Positions 59,098-64,000 of a stretch of DNA of 64,000 bases are shown one piece after another. Location of the stretch: assembly GCF_041146345.1 (NCBI RefSeq), contig NW_027191413.1, forward strand, positions 992,001 to 1,056,000, written 5' to 3'. The DNA is from Neodothiora populina (Eukaryota). Below the pieces are notes generated by a model. It had not been told where the DNA came from, ran no database searches, and saw nothing but the letters and a program-made list of their open reading frames with translations. Each line of letters begins with the position of its first letter. Position 1 is the first letter of the stretch. Position numbers and translations under genes: made by a program.

Positions 59098-61798
59098 ATG
59101 CAAGAGAACGGTCCGCACGATGGTATAAAAGTTCTATCTATCTGTTGTCGCTTGCCAATTATGTTACTTACGTCTTTACAGGCCATGCGTTGCCCCTCAA
59201 GGGCATCATCCTGTGCAGCACATCCATCAGCCAGGATGTTCGGGTCAGTAGGGTTAGTTGATATAGATGATTGATCATACTCATGGGAATCCCGCAGACA
59301 TCGCTGGTCGAGCTTTCGAATAACATGGGTGCCATTCACCGACTGGACCTTACGACAGACGTGACACATCTAATAGTGGGCCAAGTCGATACACCCAAAT
59401 ACAAGCATGTTGCGAAAGAGCGGCCTGACATTCATGTCTTGCATCCGAAATGGATCGATGCCATGCGTCTTGCCTGGACATCGGCCGAGGATTTCGATGT
59501 GTCTGCAATCATGGAAGAATATCGGCTCCCTGCTCTCTTTGGACTACAGATATGTGTCACTGGATTTGATGACCTGGACCAGCGACAGGCTTTGATGCAG
59601 TCTATCAAGGACAACGGTGCCACTTATAACGGAGATCTCACCAGAGCCGTCACGCATCTGGTCGCCAGAAGACCGGAGGGCCTAAAGTACGAGCGAGCAA
59701 AGCAATGGGGGCTGAATGTTGTTTCCATAAGGTGGCTACAACAAAGTCTCGAACGCGGCATGGTCTTGGAAGCAAGCTTGTACGATCCCTTACTGTCCGA
59801 AGATAGGCAGGGACAGGGCGCTTTCATTAGGGATTATCAAACAACGAGTGCAATACGGAAGAGGAACATCGACACTACAAGAGCTCAGATGCCAGAAGAG
59901 AACAGCAAGCGAAAGCTGCGTAGGACTGTTAGTTCACGTCTGAACAGCCACAGTCAGACTATGTGGGCAGAGATATCTACGGTTGAAGATGCGGCTCCCA
60001 TCAAGAACGAGAGTCATTGGAATGAGCCAGGACAAGTAGTTGACGAAACAACCTTAGCAATCCCTGAAGATGCTCCTACCCAGAGGACTAGTTTTACCGT
60101 ATCCGGAGAGGTGGTTGGCCAGCCAGGTACTAATTCAGCAGAACACCCCGAACCCAGAAATGGCTTATTTTCGAGCTGTCTCTTCCAAGTCATGGGACAT
60201 CCACCGAAACGATCTCAGAAGATACTTGAGATCCTGCAAAATGAAGGGGGTCAAATCGCTGATTACCCAGACGACCTCTACTCTGCCGTCGAAAGCCAAA
60301 ATCACCAACTGACTGCGCTCATAGTACCAAGCGAGTGGCATAAAGAGTCGGAAGAAGCACTACCTGATGTGCCCGAGGATACTTGGCTTGTGACGGAATG
60401 GTGGATCGAGCGATGCATTGTATCGAAGTCAATCATTGACCCCCAACAAGACTTCTACAGTCGCCCACGAATGGCCTTACCGATGGAGTGTTTCAAGGAC
60501 CTCATAATCAGCACATCAGGGTTGGGCAATGATGCCAAACTCATGCAAAATATCGTCAGATCGGCTGGGGGTGAATATGACGAGCATCTCAAGCCTACAT
60601 GTTCGGTTCTTGTGATCCGTTCGGCGGCTTCAAACAAAGCAAAGATCACATACGCTATGAAGCATAACGTCCCTGTTGTCTTCGAAAATTGGTTTCAGAC
60701 ATGTGTAACGCAGGGTCAACGACTCCCTTTTACTCTGTTCCGAGTACCTCATCCAGACAAGGCAGATCGCGTTGTGCGGGGACAAAACGCCAGCAGGCAG
60801 TCTGAAGTTCAGAGAAGGTACATCAATGTTCCATGACCTCGTTCCGTTCATACAGCTGACACTTTGTCAGGAAAGATGACTCGCATGTACAGCGATTATC
60901 TGCAACAAGGAAAAAGAGCTCCGTGCCCTCGCTGAAGCTTATCAAGACAACTACGATGCAGCCACCGCGGGAACCTCAGATGGTACTCAAGCTGGAGACA
61001 TCGAAGAGCACTACAGTACCGCTGCCTTTTACAGAAGAGGATGCATCGCCTGTCGATGACAATCCAGCCCCCTTTCTTGAACTTGCTCATTCACATGGGA
61101 CGGAATCGCAGCCACTGAGAGAACTGCCACCAAATGCCTCGAACTCGCCTTTGAAGAAGTCCGAAGCGAAGAACAGCACAAAGAACACAATTCCATTAGC
61201 TGACTCACATGGTGAAGATCACCTGACTCCTACACATACATATACGGATTATGGTCATACAAGCGAAGACCTTCCGAATCTTGCACTAGACGAGTATATG
61301 GACCTGCCGATCGGTGAAAGAGTGACAGAAGTGCACACAACGACAGCGCCAGCGACCGACGATGACAAGCTTCGCTTGACTGAAGAGATCAAATCACTAC
61401 TAGAGCGGAGGAAGGAGGCATCCGCTTCAGCAGAGCAAGCTTTGCCACCGAGAAAACGAAAAGACAGAAAGCTTGGCCGTGCTCCTTCTAATATGTCCAA
61501 TCCTCCCGCGCCCGCATCGCTGAGATATGGTAGAAGCACAGAGGTGGAAGAGTCTACAGCCTCTGCAAGCCCAATGGACCTAGGCATGATAATACCTAGC
61601 CAGCAGCTGGGCTACGAAACCGCAGATGCAAAAGAGCATCGAGCAAGAATGAGCAAGCGCACCGGGACAAATCTCCTGGATAACGAGAGTACAGGCAAGC
61701 GAGTTGAGAGTATTGGACTTGTCAAGGACATCGCTGCCGACAACGGAGGAACAAGTGTCGGTGGACGAGTCAGACGCAGTCGTCACGCGAAGTCATGA
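59098..61798 (+). CDS. DPB11: Multi-BRCT replication/checkpoint scaffold Dpb11/Rad4/Cut5 (TopBP1 family)
   Basis: Exons 59098-59122, 59182-59243, 59298-60817 and 60871-61798. BRCT repeats PLKGIILCSTS..MGAIHRLDLTTDVTHLIV..KYK, LQICVTGF..GATYNGDLT..VTHL..KYERAKQW and VTEWWIERC; C-terminal SQQLGYE. Confidence 0.88.
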
Positions 61799-62461
61799 TC
61801 AGTCGTCCCTACGAGAACATATCGGCCGACGTCTTCCTATGCGATATGAATAATGACTGAGGGGTTACATAGCCTTTGCATAATAACCGCAATCCGAAAG
61901 CGTTTATCGTTCTATCACAGCGTTTCACTGGGTTATCCTATGCATATGATTGTATGATACCCATATGAAAAGACCCTTGAATGCGGCATCTTGGAGTAAT
62001 CTCGGACTCAGTTTTCGCTTCATAAAATTGAGCCGAATTTGCGTACGTGGACGATTCGTTGCCGCACCCATCACATGAATGGTGCTCCTTGACATTCAGT
62101 GAGATAAGACTCTAAGATAGATGATATGAACCTTCGGTAGTTGTTCTTGCCACCATCATGCTCAAAATCTTGGCGCTTATGTACATGCATGTGGGACGTT
62201 CTTCGACACTTCACTTTCCCCGTCAAGAGCTTTGGCCACATGAAGCGGCTGTACCTGTTTACGTTCCGTTAGCCTCACGTGCGTTCACCTTGAACATCAT
62301 CACAATTCACAATATATTGTTCTACCGTTTAGAACATCCTGTCTTTGTCTTCTGATTGGCAAGGGTAATAAATACTGACTCGGTTTCTCCGGAATTTGCC
62401 ATTCGAGCCTGCTTCTCGAGGTGTTTTCATCATTACATCAGACACTTGTCAACACTAGACA

Positions 62462-64000
62462 ATGATTGCTGGATTCGATGAGTGGGCGGCCTCTGCCCAG
62501 GTAGGCCATGTGCTTCCTCTTGAGCAGCTGCGCAATCATAGACTCGGTATTGATGCAGAAGATTACATCAACAACCTTCTCGCGAACCAACCGACACGTG
62601 AGCCCCTTCTACCCGCTCTTGGGGGTCTTCCATTTTCCTTAAAGGGGATTGTGGAGAGCCATATCTCGATCCTCGAACAGCATGGCGTCGAACCTACCTT
62701 TGTCTTCAATGGCCTCAGTCACAATGCTCAGGAAGACCGGATGCGCATCATGGCGGGCTCCGCAAAGGCCTTCGCCGCGGCTTGGGACTTATATGGAGCA
62801 TCTCAACCCGACCAAGCTGTGAACGAATTTGGAACATTGTGTATGAATTCTGTTCTCCTACTAAAGCTTTTCTGTGTTGGTCGCTGACGCTGATGATTTC
62901 TTGCCAGGCACTCTGGATGTCGAGAATGTGTACCGTTATGTACAGACTATTCTACGTAAGCGCGGAGTGAAGTTCTTCATTGCTCCTTATAGCGCTGCCG
63001 CTCAGGTATGTCAAGTGTTTGGTTGATTCAAACTCCTCAAATTGACCTGATTTATTGTAGCTTGCATCAATCGCTGGCTCTGAATTTTGCGATGCAGTGG
63101 CTGGCTCGCCCGAAACCCTCATGTTTGAAATCGATAAATTGATTACCAAGCTAGACTTTGAGCACAAGGAGATTACGCTGGTGACGCGCAAAGAATGTGT
63201 CGAAGCGCTTGGCTGCACCTCAATTGGCATGTTCGTTGATGCATGTCTCTTGGCCGGCTCTTCTTTCCTACCGACGCTTCCTGCACTGGAGAATGAGATA
63301 TCCCCTCTCCCGAAGCCACCGAGGGTCAAGGCAGCTGCAGACTTACTCAAGCAACGCAATGTTCACACCAATGTTATCTGCATGCAATATCAACAAGAAG
63401 ACCCCATCATGGCTGCCATGGATTATGTCGACAGATACCGCAAAGCATCTTGCTCTATCAAGCAACACGTCGTCATGCGACCAAGCGGAGAGGTAGTCTC
63501 ACTGGATGCTCCTCACGTGCCCCGCGATATGCATGCGTTTATGGGTCAGCGACTACCTGACGAGATTTTTGCATACCTTTCGCGTGGCATCATTGGACCT
63601 GAAGTTCCGCAGTGGCGGTCATTGGGCGTGATTGTGGAGCGACCCCCACTTGACGGTGGTGAGTCGCAAGTTTACCATCGTCTCGTTCGAGAACGTCTTA
63701 CACCTTTACGGGCATCTGCTGTGGGCCTCCTGTCGCAATCCCTGAACCGTTACTATGGTAAAACAGACATTACCGTTCGATGCTGGTTCGACATCGATGG
63801 CGATCACACCAACTTGGGCATACCGGGAAGCTCAGATCCTCGAGCTGAAATAGCCGCTTGGAATGTACGAATTGAGCAAATTGGAGAGAGAGCCAACCAA
63901 CTTGAGGTAAGTCGGCTTGTCGTGCGATTAGTGCATCTTTTACTGTTGCTAACAGTGGAACATGATAGCGTGAGATCTCTTCGCTTGCTTTCTCGGTTAA
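62462..64000 (+). CDS. MKT1: Mkt1-family XPG/PIN-like post-transcriptional regulator; runs off right edge
   Basis: LGIDAEDYI, REPLLPALGGLPF, PTFVFNGL, FFIAPYSAAAQL, ACLLAGS and GQRLPDEIFAYLSRG. Exons 62462-62840, 62908-63005, 63061-63906 and 63969 onward. Confidence 0.88.

Noticed and set aside
1..64000. Functional cluster of DNA repair/replication genes (RAD50, ORC2, RAD16, DPB11)
   Set aside because: Spread over 60 kb among unrelated housekeeping genes; no evidence beyond chance.
1..64000. Transposons, RIP-degraded repeats, tRNA/rRNA genes, CRISPR arrays, secondary-metabolite cluster
   Set aside because: No transposase or RT motifs, terminal repeats, AT-rich RIP tracts, recognisable structural RNA or PKS/NRPS backbone were seen; small ncRNAs could be missed by eye.

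Overview
Intron-containing, ~50% GC genomic DNA from a filamentous ascomycete (Pezizomycotina-type GT..CTRAY..YAG introns). Mostly conserved housekeeping genes: RAD50 (truncated at left edge), wc-2, FUN14-family, ARG7, ORC2, Xaa-Pro aminopeptidase, ATG101, GT8 glycosyltransferase, RraA/HMG aldolase, RAD16, CDF transporter, PPPDE-thioredoxin-PUL protein, RIC8, GDA1, HEM3, an alpha-arrestin, DPB11 and MKT1 (truncated at right edge). A gene-sparse stretch (5.5-15.3 kb) holds a PTH11-like receptor and an asco-laccase. The standout is a two-gene cassette between ORC2 and the aminopeptidase (20.7-23.5 kb). One gene is a HET-S-like protein: a HeLo domain plus a two-repeat HET-s-type prion-forming domain. 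Its tandem neighbour carries a matching single HET-s-type amyloid repeat at its N-terminus, the NWD2-like trigger position, but has no recognisable NLR NACHT/NB-ARC domain and an apparent ubiquitin-like domain instead. This is a candidate non-NLR amyloid-signalling cell-death module. All exon structures were inferred by eye from splice signals and family motifs recalled from memory; no database searches were run.
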